Below, in pieces: positions 41,550-52,467 of a stretch of DNA of 64,000 bases (position 1 is the first letter of the stretch; each line of letters begins with the position of its first letter). The position numbers were made by a program, and so were the translations under genes. The stretch covers positions 3,000-66,999 of the forward strand of contig JANWZB010000002.1 in NCBI GenBank assembly GCA_025055035.1, given 5' to 3'. A model generated the notes under the pieces. The model worked only from the letters and a program-made list of their open reading frames with translations, was not told where the DNA came from and did no database searches. This DNA comes from Candidatus Kapaibacterium sp. Its GTDB lineage: Bacteria; Bacteroidota; Ignavibacteria; Kapaibacteriales; UBA4661.

Positions 41550-42833
41550 ATGAAAACAGCAGAGCAACTCGCACAGGAATGGCGTGCAAACGATCGATGG
41601 AGCGGTATTATTCGCTCATACTCGGCGGAAAGTGTTGTGAAGCTACGGGGCAGAGTAGATATACGATACTCGATTGCCGAGCAAGGGTCAGAGCGGTTAT
41701 GGAAGCTTATGACAGCAGAGGACTATGTCCACGCTTTGGGCGCACTTACTGGGAATCAGGCAATGCAAATGGTAAAAGCTGGTCTCAAAGCAATCTATGT
41801 TTCAGGGTGGCAGGTTGCTGCTGATGCTAACGTAGGAGGGCAGATGTATCCTGACCAGAGCCTTTATCCCATGAATAGCGTTCCCGACCTTGTGCGAAGG
41901 ATAAACAACACATTGCGCCGAGCAGATCAAATTGCTTTTTCTGAAGGCGATACTTCTGTGCACTGGATGGCACCTATTGTTGCCGATGCTGAAGCGGGTT
42001 TTGGTGGTCCGCTAAATGCTTTTGAATTAATGAAGCTCATGATAGAAGCTGGAGCAGCGGCAGTTCATTTTGAAGACCAGCTTGCATCTGAGAAGAAATG
42101 TGGTCATTTAGGAGGCAAAGTACTTGTGCCAACATCGCATTTTATTCGAACACTCACTGCTGCTCGCCTTGCAGCAGACATCTGTGGCGTACCGACAATT
42201 CTGATTGCTCGTACGGATGCAAATGCTGCAGAATTGCTCACAAGCGATATTGATGATAGAGATAAAGAGTTCTGCACAGGAGAACGCACTGTTGAAGGAT
42301 TTTACCGCTTACGTCCGGGTATTGATGCAGCAATAGCTCGTGCGCTGAGCTATGCTCCGTATGCAGATGTTCTATGGTGCGAGACAGCAACACCCGATAT
42401 GCAAGAAGCGAAGAAATTCGCCGAAGCAGTGCATGCACACTTTCCCAATAAGCTTCTTGCATACAATTGCTCGCCGTCGTTTAATTGGAAGCGTAACTTG
42501 ACACTGGGAGAAATTGCTGTGTTCCAGCGTGAGCTTGGTGCAATCGGATACAAATTTCAGTTCGTTACATTGGCGGGATTCCATGCGCTAAACTTTTCAA
42601 TGTTTAATCTTGCCAGTGGGTATCGTGATAGGGGAATGGCTGCATACTCAGAGCTTCAGGAGGCAGAGTTCGCTGCTGAAGCACAGGGCTATACGGCAGT
42701 GAAACATCAACGCGAAGTAGGTACAGGATATTTTGATATGATAGCGGAGACTATTAGTGGTGGTCGGTCCTCTACAACAGCACTTTCTGGCTCTACTGAG
42801 AGCCAGCAATTTCATGATGAGCCTATATCATAA
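41550..42833 (+). CDS. aceA: Isocitrate lyase AceA
   Basis: 427 aa with the ICL signature [20 protein letters not shown] sits 8 nt upstream. No malate synthase is adjacent. Confidence 0.85.
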   Translation: MKTAEQLAQEWRANDRWSGIIRSYSAESVVKLRGRVDIRYSIAEQGSERLWKLMTAEDYVHALGALTGNQAMQMVKAGLKAIYVSGWQVAADANVGGQMYPDQSLYPMNSVPDLVRRINNTLRRADQIAFSEGDTSVHWMAPIVADAEAGFGGPLNAFELMKLMIEAGAAAVHFEDQLASEKKCGHLGGKVLVPTSHFIRTLTAARLAADICGVPTILIARTDANAAELLTSDIDDRDKEFCTGERTVEGFYRLRPGIDAAIARALSYAPYADVLWCETATPDMQEAKKFAEAVHAHFPNKLLAYNCSPSFNWKRNLTLGEIAVFQRELGAIGYKFQFVTLAGFHALNFSMFNLASGYRDRGMAAYSELQEAEFAAEAQGYTAVKHQREVGTGYFDMIAETISGGRSSTTALSGSTESQQFHDEPIS

Positions 42834-42951
42834 AACTTGGGTGCTAGTGGGCACTATCTCGAATGCTGGTGGGGTAAGAGATATCGCCTCTTTACCCCAC
42901 ACTAGTTTATAACTTTGTGTTTGTAGATACTGTGTACATAAGAATTCCTAT

Positions 42952-44787
42952 CTACCTAGCCAGCCAATACTCCAGGAGAGCCTGTTGGTCGGGGGTGGCG
43001 TCCTCTCTAACAACGAGGACACGTTCCAGCAGTGGTGTTGGTTTCAAGTACACAGTTGTAAGAGTATAATCCGATGCAATTAGAATTTCAGATGACTCTC
43101 CAATGCCTTTTTGAGCAAGTGCTGTCTCAAATTCTTCAACACAGGTACAACGCATACCATTGACGCAAAGAATTTCATCATCGACACCTATAGCTGCATC
43201 ATATGCGGGAGAATATGCCTCTACTTGTGCTACAAATAGCCGACCTTGTTCAGCTCTCAGTGTTAGCCCTGTAAAGGGTTTCTTATGCAGGGGCATGCTG
43301 GGAATGCCTTCGCCTATGACAGCAGGCGAAGTGCTGCTAGATTCCTTCCATTCAATCCCAACGCGCTTAAAAAGCTGTTCTATTGGTAGTTCATCACCTC
43401 TCCCGCTAAGCCATTGTGTAAGGGCATCACGAATAGGAACATGGGTTGCGTCTTCCATAAGAACAATAAACTCTTCTTCCGTTATTCCTCGCTCGGGGTG
43501 TTCTTTGTAGCGTTTCCAAAGAGCGCGAAACCCATCATCAAGACGCTTTTTTCCACCTGACTCACTAATAATCCACAGCTCAAGGCAAAGAAATATAAGC
43601 CCACCATGAAGATAGTACGACACATTGCGGTTTATTGAGTCATCGTGTGGCAGGTAGAGCTTGACCCATGCTTGAAAGCTGTTATCACGAATGCTTGCTT
43701 CGTTACGTCCAGGTTGACGAAAAAAAGGGGTAAGGTGATCTCTAGACAGTATCGTAAGGTATTCGTCGCGTGTGTAGAAGCCACAACGATACGACAAAAA
43801 ATCATCGTAGTATGAAGTAGCTCCCTCAACAAGCCACAGCATACGAGTGTAATTTTCTTTGTTGTAGTTAAACGGTCCGAGCTCTAATGGTCGAATCCTC
43901 TTGCCATTCCACACGTGGAAAAATTCGTGAACAAGAAGTGAGAGTAGACGGTGGAGCTTTGTTGTATCGTTCCAGCTGTCTATAGCATTGACAGAGGAGC
44001 GTGCATGCTCTAAACCGCCGCCGCGCATACCCGGAATCAAATGGATGATACAAACATAGCGGTCGAAAGGTAGCTCTCCAAAGATGCGAGCCTCACATTC
44101 GACAATTGTTTGCATACGCTCTGCAAGCCATGCAGGGTTGCAATTTCCCCTGTACACTATAGCGGTTTCTATCAATGAGCCCTGATATTCAAATCGTGCA
44201 ATAAAGTGATTACCAATTTCAATCGGTGAATCAACAAGAATGTCATAATTCAACGCGCCGAGAACAAGAGGCTCTGATGAAGAAAATTCTTTCTTTATTG
44301 GAGAAAGAGCTGTGGAGATATGTCTCCACTGTGTGCGGTCGTGATGAAAGTAGCAGTGATGGATTTCATACTCTCGACCTTCCACAAACATGCAGCACGT
44401 TACAGGATTAAGAAAAGCATGTGTTCGTGTAACATGGGAAGAGCGTATAGTACTGTCTTTTTCATAGGCGTAGAATACATACTCTATCCGTACAGTTCCA
44501 CGATGTGCTTGAATTTGCAGGCGGTTTTTCGCAATCCATTCCCATTGTAGTGCTATACCATCGTGATTGACTATCGTAAAGCTGCCGAGAGTGGAGATGT
44601 AATCACGAATTTTGTAGCTTCCCGGAATCCAAACTGGCAAACCTAATACTAGTGCTCCATCGCGCTCGGTATCAACTTCCATGACGATGCGGACAATATG
44701 TCGATGTGCATGCTCAAAGTGCAGATGGTAGCGGATATGTGCAGTTGTTCCAAGAAGCTGTCTGTCGGTTTGCTCCAATGAATACAT
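42952..44787 (-). CDS. M61-family glycyl aminopeptidase with C-terminal PDZ domain
   Basis: Zinc motif LLVHEFFHVWNGKRIRP (HEFFH) and a typical M61 N-terminus. 611 aa. Confidence 0.8.
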   Translation of the reverse strand: MYSLEQTDRQLLGTTAHIRYHLHFEHAHRHIVRIVMEVDTERDGALVLGLPVWIPGSYKIRDYISTLGSFTIVNHDGIALQWEWIAKNRLQIQAHRGTVRIEYVFYAYEKDSTIRSSHVTRTHAFLNPVTCCMFVEGREYEIHHCYFHHDRTQWRHISTALSPIKKEFSSSEPLVLGALNYDILVDSPIEIGNHFIARFEYQGSLIETAIVYRGNCNPAWLAERMQTIVECEARIFGELPFDRYVCIIHLIPGMRGGGLEHARSSVNAIDSWNDTTKLHRLLSLLVHEFFHVWNGKRIRPLELGPFNYNKENYTRMLWLVEGATSYYDDFLSYRCGFYTRDEYLTILSRDHLTPFFRQPGRNEASIRDNSFQAWVKLYLPHDDSINRNVSYYLHGGLIFLCLELWIISESGGKKRLDDGFRALWKRYKEHPERGITEEEFIVLMEDATHVPIRDALTQWLSGRGDELPIEQLFKRVGIEWKESSSTSPAVIGEGIPSMPLHKKPFTGLTLRAEQGRLFVAQVEAYSPAYDAAIGVDDEILCVNGMRCTCVEEFETALAQKGIGESSEILIASDYTLTTVYLKPTPLLERVLVVREDATPDQQALLEYWLAR

Positions 44788-44832
44788 GTGGCACAGTGTG
44801 TAGTTAAGGTGTGATACAAATAGCGTGATATC

Positions 44833-46734
44833 TTACTCTTCAAGATATGTGTATCCATATAGACCAGAGCGGTACATTGCAAGAAACTCTTTGCCTTGCG
44901 CAAGAGTGATTTTAGATTCTTTGACGGATGCGCTTACCCATTTCTCCATCGTACGCACAAGCTCTTTTGGATTAAATTGCACATATTCAAGGACGTCAGC
45001 AACTGTTTCCCCTTCGATAATCTGGGCGACTTCAAATTCTCCTTGTGCATTCAGAGTTACATGTACGGCGTTCGTATCACCAAAGAGATTGTGTAAATCG
45101 CCAAGAATTTCCTGATATGCTCCCACAAGAAAAACGGCGATATAGTAGGGCTCACCTTCCCGTAGGGGGTGAACTGGAAGAAATGAGGGATAGTCGTACA
45201 TCCCAATATACTTCTCAATTTTGCCGTCGGAGTCGCACGTTACATCTTGCAATGTAGCTTCTTGTGTAGGGCGTTCTGTGAGACGATGAATAGGCATGAT
45301 AGGGAATAATTGGTCAATAGCCCATGCATCTGGAAGAGATTGAAAGAGTGAGAAGTTACAGAAATACTTATCAGCGAGAACCTTTTGAAGTTGCTCAAAC
45401 TCGTCGGGAACATTTTTCATCTTAGAAGCAATCTTCCGAACAGAACGAGCTATCGTCCAAAAAAGCTTTTCAGTTTTAGCGCGAGTTGGTAGGTCAAGAA
45501 GTCCAAGCGAAAACATATTCAAAGCTTCTTCTTTAAGTTGCTGGGCATCATGCCAGTTTTCTCCTACGTTACGTGGCGAAAGATGCTTATAGATGGCGTA
45601 CATGTCCTGAACAATCTGATGGTCATTCGGTGTAACGGTATCTTTGTCATCGTCCCACATAGGGAGGCTCGTTGCTTCAAGAACATTGAGTACAAGCACG
45701 GAATGGTGTGCTGTGAGTGCACGACCAGATTCTGTAATGAGGTTAGGGTGAGGCAAGTTATACTTTTTGCATGCTTCGCATAGCATATACACAGCGTCAT
45801 CGGCATATTCTTGCATGGAGTAGTTCATGCTGCTAGCAGCAAGAGAAGAAGAGCCGTCATAATCTACGCCTAATCCGCCACCAATATCAACAAACTGAAT
45901 ATTGCAGCCAAGATGGCGAAGCTGTGCATAGAAATGCGAGACTTCACGAAGACCTGCTTTAATCCGACGGATATTCGTGATTTGGCTTCCGAGATGAAAG
46001 TGAATCATGGTAATGCAGTCGAGCAAAAGGTGTTCTCGTGCATACTCGATTGCCTCTAAAAGCTCTGATGCGTTTAAGCCAAACTTGCTCTGGTCGCCGC
46101 CTGATTCTTCCCACTTGCCACTACCAGAGTTTGTTAGTTTGATACGTATTCCGATATTTGGTCGTACGTTATTACGCTCAGCAACAGTCTTAATAAGCTT
46201 AAGCTCATTGAGCTTCTCTACTACAAGAAAAATTTCCTTCCCCATCTTTTGAGCAAGAAGCGCAAGCTCGATAAACTCCTCATCTTTGTAGCCATTGCAG
46301 ACAATAATGCTTTCGGGATTATCCATAATCGCTAGCACTGCCTGGAGCTCAGGCTTTGAGCCCGCTTCCAGACCTATATTGAACTCTCGTCCGTAACGAA
46401 CAATTTCCTCGACAACATGCTTTTGCTGATTCACTTTGATTGGATACACTCCAAAATATCGTCCTTTGTAGCCGTACTCTTGTGCAGCAGTCTGGAAGCA
46501 TTGAGAAATTTGTGCTATACGGTCGCCGATAATGTCAGAAAATCGCACAAGAATGGGTAAAGAAATATCTTTGAGAAGTAAGTCATCAACGAGTTCCTTC
46601 AAATCTATGGCAGGAGTTTCTGTACGCCGGGGCTTAACAATAACATGCCCTTTCTGGTTGATTCCAAAATATCCAGAACCCCAGCCTCCCATGTTGTAGA
46701 GCTCGTAGGAGTCATCTATAGACCATGTTCTCAT
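44833..46734 (-). CDS. speA: Biosynthetic arginine decarboxylase SpeA
   Basis: 633 aa PLP-dependent fold-III decarboxylase colinear with SpeA (MRTWSIDDSYELYNM...). Confidence 0.85.
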   Translation of the reverse strand: MRTWSIDDSYELYNMGGWGSGYFGINQKGHVIVKPRRTETPAIDLKELVDDLLLKDISLPILVRFSDIIGDRIAQISQCFQTAAQEYGYKGRYFGVYPIKVNQQKHVVEEIVRYGREFNIGLEAGSKPELQAVLAIMDNPESIIVCNGYKDEEFIELALLAQKMGKEIFLVVEKLNELKLIKTVAERNNVRPNIGIRIKLTNSGSGKWEESGGDQSKFGLNASELLEAIEYAREHLLLDCITMIHFHLGSQITNIRRIKAGLREVSHFYAQLRHLGCNIQFVDIGGGLGVDYDGSSSLAASSMNYSMQEYADDAVYMLCEACKKYNLPHPNLITESGRALTAHHSVLVLNVLEATSLPMWDDDKDTVTPNDHQIVQDMYAIYKHLSPRNVGENWHDAQQLKEEALNMFSLGLLDLPTRAKTEKLFWTIARSVRKIASKMKNVPDEFEQLQKVLADKYFCNFSLFQSLPDAWAIDQLFPIMPIHRLTERPTQEATLQDVTCDSDGKIEKYIGMYDYPSFLPVHPLREGEPYYIAVFLVGAYQEILGDLHNLFGDTNAVHVTLNAQGEFEVAQIIEGETVADVLEYVQFNPKELVRTMEKWVSASVKESKITLAQGKEFLAMYRSGLYGYTYLEE

Positions 46735-47000
46735 AAGTGGAGCAGCAATAGCAAGCAGTAACAGGTAAGCGGAATATGTGGCAAATGAAGTAGTATAGCG
46801 TTGAAGAGATGCAAAAATATTCAGATTCTTCTAATTTTTGCAGAGTTTTTGAGGGAATTGATTTCGATTTTGCGAAGTATTTTGATAATTTTACACTTCA
46901 AAAACACTTGCTGTACTTGTAAAGGTAAAGTGTAGAATTCATGTATGTTAAGTTTGTATGGGTAGTGCATGCAGTAACTGTATAACCTCCCCCAGTGATT

Positions 47001-47570
47001 ATGAAGACAAGTCCTTCTCTTTCATTACCGATTGTTACTCCCTGTGATGAGAATTGCGCAAGTGGCGGTACTGCAGCGGCGCAAAGCTCAGACCGAGGGA
47101 AGAGTACTGCTAGTAGCACCGACGCTGAACGCATTAAGGAGCGCTTTGCACAATTTCTTCGCGAGAAGAAGTATCGAAATACTCAAGAACGATACTACGT
47201 ACTCGAAGGTGTTTTGCAATGTCAAGAACATTTCAGTGCTGATGAGCTATACTTGGCGTTGCGTACAAAGAATGTTCAGGTTTCTCGTGCTACAGTGTAT
47301 TCAACGCTAGATCTTCTAACACGCTGTAACATTCTTGTCAAGCACCGCTTTCAAGGCGATAGCGCTCGATTTGAGCTGGCTGATAAAATGCCAAATCACG
47401 ACCATTTGATATGTACTGAGTGCGGGTATATTGTCGAGTTTCAAGAAGAAATATTGAGTGAAATTCAAAACCGCATTGCAGCCAAGAATGGCTTCAAGCC
47501 TCTGAATCATTCTCTCCAAATATTTGCCATTTGCCAAGATTCCAGTACATGTGAGCATAACCGCTCCTAA
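47001..47570 (+). CDS. Fur-family metalloregulator with unusual ~40-aa Ser/Ala-rich, Cys-containing N-terminal extension
   Basis: DNA-binding and dimerisation core (VYSTLDLL...HDHLICTECGYIVEF...HSLQIFAICQ) with HHDH-like and CxxC motifs. The extension MKTSPSLSLPIVTPCDENCASGG... has no in-frame internal alternative start. Confidence 0.75.
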   Translation: MKTSPSLSLPIVTPCDENCASGGTAAAQSSDRGKSTASSTDAERIKERFAQFLREKKYRNTQERYYVLEGVLQCQEHFSADELYLALRTKNVQVSRATVYSTLDLLTRCNILVKHRFQGDSARFELADKMPNHDHLICTECGYIVEFQEEILSEIQNRIAAKNGFKPLNHSLQIFAICQDSSTCEHNRS

Positions 47571-47640
47571 GCGTAGAAGCTTTAATGTGTGCTAATGACC
47601 CTCTAGCACTCGGGGATATGAAGAGCTGAACCACCGAAGA

Positions 47641-49056
47641 GTGAGTATGATCCGCGTCAGTATGTACATTCTACGTGCTCACTTAGCACCTTTTCTATTT
47701 GGGGTTTTTACAGTAGTGTTTATCTTTCTGCTCAACTTTCTGATTATTTTTTTACCGCAAATGGTGGGGAAAGGCTTGGGGACATCGATTATTCTAGAAC
47801 TTATCATCCTTAATATGGCATGGATGATAACTCTTGCTGTACCGCTTGGTGTGCTAGTAGCAACGCTGATGGCGTTTGGAACACTAGTTTCTACACACGA
47901 GGTTACAATTATCAAGGCAAGTGGAGTGAGTCTAGTGCGTATGATGCGTCCAGTACTGCTTGCAAGTGGTATCCTCTCTTTGTGGCTATTTTGGTTTAAT
48001 GACTCTGTGCTTCCTGACGCAAACTATCGTGCACAAATGCTCATGATAGATATACAACGCAAAAAGCCAACATTTATTCTGAATAAAGGACAGTTTTCCT
48101 CGCAAATAGAAGGTTATACCATTTTGGCACGCGATATAGATACGGCACGAGGGGTCATGCTAGGAGTAACATTGTACGACAATACCTCATTTGATGTCGT
48201 GAGTGTTGTATCCGCTGATACAGGAGTTATCAATTTTTCAACAGATTACAAAAAAGCCGTGCTTATACTTTATCGTGGGGAGCTTCATCAAACTAACCAA
48301 CACGGGATAGGCGATTATAAACGTGTGCAGTTTCAGCAGCATCAAGTAATTATGGATGCAAGCGGTTTTGCGTTTACTTATAGCGACGCAAGTCTTCATG
48401 CGCGAGGAGATCGCACAATGCGCATAGCTGACATGCAACAGGTAGTGAATGACAATCTGAACAAGATAACAAGTTCTCGCCAGGCTATTCATCGATATGT
48501 TACTCAACAGCTTGATTTTGTCGTAGGACCAGACACTACCATACAAGAGATTCAGGCTAGCAGACGTGAAACATCGCGACAAGATTCTGCTGTACAACCT
48601 AGTACGAGAAAGGATGCTGCATGGCGCTCTGAAAGCCGAATTACGGGCGTAATGTCGATGCTTGAAAGTGAAATATTCAACGTGCGCGACAAGACGATGA
48701 CAGCGAACAAGTATCTTGTGGAGATACATAAGAAGTATGCAATTCCAGCGATATGCTTTATTTTTGCATTTGTAGGCTGTCCGCTTGGCGTTATCACAAA
48801 GCGGGGAAACTTTGGCATCAGTGGTGCGATTACACTGGTGTTCTACGTCATATACTGGATATTTTTGCTCACAGGTGAGCGGCTTGCTGATAGAGGTCTC
48901 ATGGCTCCATGGCTTGCCATGTGGCTTGGTGATATTGTACTAGGAGTAGTTGGTGGTATTCTTGTGTGGCAGGTATCGCAGGGCGTATCAGTAGGAGAAA
49001 AGGTGCGGAATAGGATAGCAGTACAAACACTGCGCAATAGAGCCACAGTGAAATAG
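47641..49056 (+). CDS. LptF/LptG-family (YjgP/YjgQ) LPS-export permease
   Basis: N-terminal ILRAHLAPFLFGVFTVVFIFLLN helix, a periplasmic beta-jellyroll region, then three C-terminal TM helices. Confidence 0.75.
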   Translation: MSMIRVSMYILRAHLAPFLFGVFTVVFIFLLNFLIIFLPQMVGKGLGTSIILELIILNMAWMITLAVPLGVLVATLMAFGTLVSTHEVTIIKASGVSLVRMMRPVLLASGILSLWLFWFNDSVLPDANYRAQMLMIDIQRKKPTFILNKGQFSSQIEGYTILARDIDTARGVMLGVTLYDNTSFDVVSVVSADTGVINFSTDYKKAVLILYRGELHQTNQHGIGDYKRVQFQQHQVIMDASGFAFTYSDASLHARGDRTMRIADMQQVVNDNLNKITSSRQAIHRYVTQQLDFVVGPDTTIQEIQASRRETSRQDSAVQPSTRKDAAWRSESRITGVMSMLESEIFNVRDKTMTANKYLVEIHKKYAIPAICFIFAFVGCPLGVITKRGNFGISGAITLVFYVIYWIFLLTGERLADRGLMAPWLAMWLGDIVLGVVGGILVWQVSQGVSVGEKVRNRIAVQTLRNRATVK

Positions 49057-49120
49057 GATTAGTACATAGAGATTTTGCTAGGAATAAAGCCAAATCTCAC
49101 TATAGTACGTTGTCTATCAT

Positions 49121-50623
49121 CTACTTTCTTGTGAAGAGTGCCTGCTCTTCTTCCCTAAAGAAGCCCAGACCAGCTAGTGCTAGAGGATATGTTAGAATCC
49201 ATGCAACTTTTGCTGTAAACCGTAGTATAGTGCTCATCCCTTCGGTAGTATAGTGAGCAGCACCAAAAATAAGAATGCACAATAGCACTGCTGTTAGTAT
49301 GCGCTTCCACTCATACCGTAGTGGATAAATGCGCCGTGTAATACAGTACATAAGAATGGCACTGAGCATGTATGCACCAAGTGTTGCCCATGCTGCTCCC
49401 CAAATTCCACATAGTGGAATGAGAGCAAGATTGAGAGCAATGTTGGCAAGTGCAGATGCACCAGTAACCCTTGGAAGATACCTTGTGCGTTTACGTATAT
49501 AAACACTTGCGGCGAAGTTGATATACAACCCATTGCAAAAGTACCCGCCAAGAACAATTGGTACAAGGGAGAGTCCTGACCAGTACGATGGGTGAATGAA
49601 CCGTCCGCCAACAAATGGCATACGAACGGCAAACTCTATAAGTAATCCTGCTACGAGAAACACTATTCCGCAAGCAATAGTAAAGTACGTTAGTATGCGA
49701 GAAAGCAGAGAATATGCAATGTGTCGCTGCTTGCGGGTTCTTGCTCCTGAAGTTTCTCGAAGATAAAATGGCTTCCATGCATACTCAAAAATAGTTACAG
49801 CCATCATCATAGGAATACCCAGACGGTAGTTAGCTTGGTATAAACCAACAGCAGCGCTGTCAACGAACAGTTTGAGAATCGGTCTGTCAATTACTTGTAG
49901 CATAATTGCTGAAACAGCAGCAGGTATAGTCGGTAAGCCAAACTGTAGTAATTCTCGAAAAAGTCTTCGGTCAAGTCGTATTCTGTGTGTAAACAGGTAT
50001 CGTTTGAACTCGGGTACAAGAAGAACAATACCAGCAAAAGAGGAGAATGTTCCGGCGAGAAATATTCCACGTATTCCCATGCGCATGTATACAACAAGTA
50101 CAAGGTTTGCTACAACATTTAAAGCAATCACACTGAGCTTGAGTAAGCCAAAGCGTTTTGAGCGCGATTCCATTCGTAGTGCCGCGAAGGGTACAACAGC
50201 ACAGGCATCGAAGAATGCTATAAGAGCTGCATACACAATAATCGAAGCAGAAGCTTCGTCTAAGCGTAAGAGCTGCGCGATAGTCGAAGGCATAATACAT
50301 ATACACAAAGTGAGTAAAGAGCTTAGGCTCACGATGCCCATATGTGCATGAGCGAATATACTGCAGTTGTATTCTTTATACTTGTTATCTAAGCTTGTTG
50401 AGAAACGAAAGTACTTGAAGAATGCTGAGTCGAGCCCACATGAATACAGGACATTAATGAATGCTATGAGTGAGTACAAATAAGCTGTATCGCCTAGTGC
50501 TGATTTACTCACATAGTTTGTATAGAGTGGTGTGAGCAAAAATGTCAGAAAGCGTCCTACAACAGTGCTAACGCCGTATATCAGGGTATCAGAAGCAAAT
50601 ACGCGTAGTTTATTGAAAATCAT
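49121..50623 (-). CDS. MOP-superfamily polysaccharide/oligosaccharide flippase (Wzx/PST-like)
   Basis: 500 aa with 12-14 TM helices and the PST-family pattern at the N-terminus. Confidence 0.65.
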   Translation of the reverse strand: MIFNKLRVFASDTLIYGVSTVVGRFLTFLLTPLYTNYVSKSALGDTAYLYSLIAFINVLYSCGLDSAFFKYFRFSTSLDNKYKEYNCSIFAHAHMGIVSLSSLLTLCICIMPSTIAQLLRLDEASASIIVYAALIAFFDACAVVPFAALRMESRSKRFGLLKLSVIALNVVANLVLVVYMRMGIRGIFLAGTFSSFAGIVLLVPEFKRYLFTHRIRLDRRLFRELLQFGLPTIPAAVSAIMLQVIDRPILKLFVDSAAVGLYQANYRLGIPMMMAVTIFEYAWKPFYLRETSGARTRKQRHIAYSLLSRILTYFTIACGIVFLVAGLLIEFAVRMPFVGGRFIHPSYWSGLSLVPIVLGGYFCNGLYINFAASVYIRKRTRYLPRVTGASALANIALNLALIPLCGIWGAAWATLGAYMLSAILMYCITRRIYPLRYEWKRILTAVLLCILIFGAAHYTTEGMSTILRFTAKVAWILTYPLALAGLGFFREEEQALFTRK

Positions 50624-50760
50624 GCCAAGAAGTCAAAAGAGAATGGTGTTGGGCGAACTTCCAAACTGTCGTCCAAATTAGGTGTAGCACGTACTATACA
50701 GTGCATGAATATATAACTTTTGTGCGAGAATACTACCAGTGAGCATGTGCTTAGCTTAGT

Positions 50761-51471
50761 ATGAAGATTGGTCTCTCCAAGGCAAGTGGATCACCTAACT
50801 ATGCTCGCTATGAAGAATGGCTACGTGCAGTAGATCCTCTGATCACGTGTGTCGATTTGTCACTTGTGTCAAACCAGCAAGCAGTAAAGCTGCTGGAATC
50901 ATGCTCAGCTCTTGTACTGACAGGCGGTCCGGACATTCATCCGTCTCGGTATGGCAAGGCTTCAGAACTCAGCCGTTGCTACACTGACGAGGATCGTGAT
51001 GATCTAGAGTTTGCACTATATGCTCGTGCGAGAGAAATGACCATGCCCATTCTTGCAATTTGCCGTGGTGCTCAGCTGGTGAATGTTGCCGAGGGTGGAA
51101 CGCTTATTGTAGATATTGCTGCGGACACACAAGTACATCAGACACATACACAAATTGATGATCAAGATAGTGAGCATGCTCTACATGTTGAGCCAGGCTC
51201 TCTCCTTATGAAGATTACTGGCGAAATTGACGGTGTAGTGAATAGCGCACATCATCAAGCTATTGAGCGTCTTGGGAATGGTTTATGTGTTAGTGCTTTT
51301 TCCGATGATGGTATCAAAGAGGCAATTGAATGGAACGACGCTACGGGGAAATCATTCTTATTAGGTGTACAATGGCATCCAGAACGCATGAATTTTGTAA
51401 ACCCATTCTCACGTATGCTTGCACAACATTTTATCTTTGAAGCGGAATCTTTTCAAATGCTGCTACGATAA
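50761..51471 (+). CDS. Class-I glutamine amidotransferase-like gamma-glutamyl hydrolase (peptidase C26 / PuuD-like)
   Basis: Nucleophile context MPILAICRGAQLVN and His in GVQWHPE. Confidence 0.75.
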   Translation: MKIGLSKASGSPNYARYEEWLRAVDPLITCVDLSLVSNQQAVKLLESCSALVLTGGPDIHPSRYGKASELSRCYTDEDRDDLEFALYARAREMTMPILAICRGAQLVNVAEGGTLIVDIAADTQVHQTHTQIDDQDSEHALHVEPGSLLMKITGEIDGVVNSAHHQAIERLGNGLCVSAFSDDGIKEAIEWNDATGKSFLLGVQWHPERMNFVNPFSRMLAQHFIFEAESFQMLLR

Positions 51472-51531
51472 TTTCTCCATACAGCACTAACCAAGGGTAT
51501 CTGCTCCACCGTCCTAATTCTTACAAACATA

Positions 51532-52302
51532 GTGTGTTGTTTGAGAATGAAAATTCTCAAAGCGAGACGAACTTTTCCATTTGACTGGAGACTTTGTGGA
51601 AAACTGTCAGAACAATCTTACAGTCATGCAATGGAGTGTCAGAAAAAATTAACACCTACACGCTCGAAAAGCACTTCAGGCCTTGCTGGAACACGATTTG
51701 GCACAAGATTTGGGAAGATAAGAAGAGTTTTTCAGTCGGAGACAGATGTCATGATCAATACAAAGCCAAAATTGCCCTTAGACACAGCATCACGCAAACA
51801 AATTATCACATTACCACGCGTTATTGTAGGTATTGTTATTCTCTGTCTTGTGTTCCAAATTCAACGGAGCAAGTCAGTAGAGCTGCCCAAATACACGTTG
51901 CCAGAGTACGTCAAACAAAGTATTCTCGAACGTGTCAATAACCATCGTGCTTCTGTGCGGGTTCGTGAGCTGATTCTGAACGATTCGCTTTCTGCAGAAG
52001 CATATCGATACTGCGAGATGATTGCAAAAGGCAATCTTCAAGCGAATCTTTCCGCGACGCTGAGTACCGAAGATGTGGATGCATGGGACAAGAAGCGGGG
52101 AATAACAAGAAACGTTGTAGTTTTTGAGCCAGCGAGTACAAGCCCAGCGTTCGATGCTATGCGGATGTGGCTCAAGCACAACGATGCAGCAAATAATCTT
52201 GAGAGTGCCAGTGCATCCCTGACGGGAATAGGTGTAGTCAAACGAGGAAACGTATATGTTATTTGTCAAATATTTGCTTCAGCATCATATGCTCGATGGT
52301 AA
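51532..52302 (+). CDS. Membrane-anchored CAP/SCP (YkwD-like) domain protein; start uncertain
   Basis: C-terminal CAP fold (VNNHRASVRVRELILNDSLSAEAYRYCEM...). A TM/signal-anchor segment (ITLPRVIVGIVILCLVF) follows internal Met 51754. The upstream 74 codons are of doubtful coding value. Confidence 0.55.
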   Translation: MCCLRMKILKARRTFPFDWRLCGKLSEQSYSHAMECQKKLTPTRSKSTSGLAGTRFGTRFGKIRRVFQSETDVMINTKPKLPLDTASRKQIITLPRVIVGIVILCLVFQIQRSKSVELPKYTLPEYVKQSILERVNNHRASVRVRELILNDSLSAEAYRYCEMIAKGNLQANLSATLSTEDVDAWDKKRGITRNVVVFEPASTSPAFDAMRMWLKHNDAANNLESASASLTGIGVVKRGNVYVICQIFASASYARW

Positions 52303-52467
52303 CGAACAAGCATTTTGGAGATTGCTGCATTGATTGTTGGATTAATTGATTTGATTATGTGCTTGCTTACCTGTAAATTCGCAAGTGTAGCACGTAGCAC
52401 TAAACGATCACGTGGCACTAAACAACTTTGTGCGATTCGACTATACTTATTCTAAAAGGAGTACATA

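Noticed and set aside
46861-46900. Fur box upstream of the fur homologue (TTTTGATAATTTTACAC)
   Set aside because: Only one GATAAT hexamer matches. The remaining 13 positions fit the 19-bp Fur consensus poorly.
52411-52440. Direct repeat GCACTAAAC x2 with embedded TGGCAC, a possible sigma-54 promoter of the small-peptide gene
   Set aside because: The spacing from GG to any GC does not fit N10, and no TTGCW lies downstream. Kept only as an unexplained short repeat.
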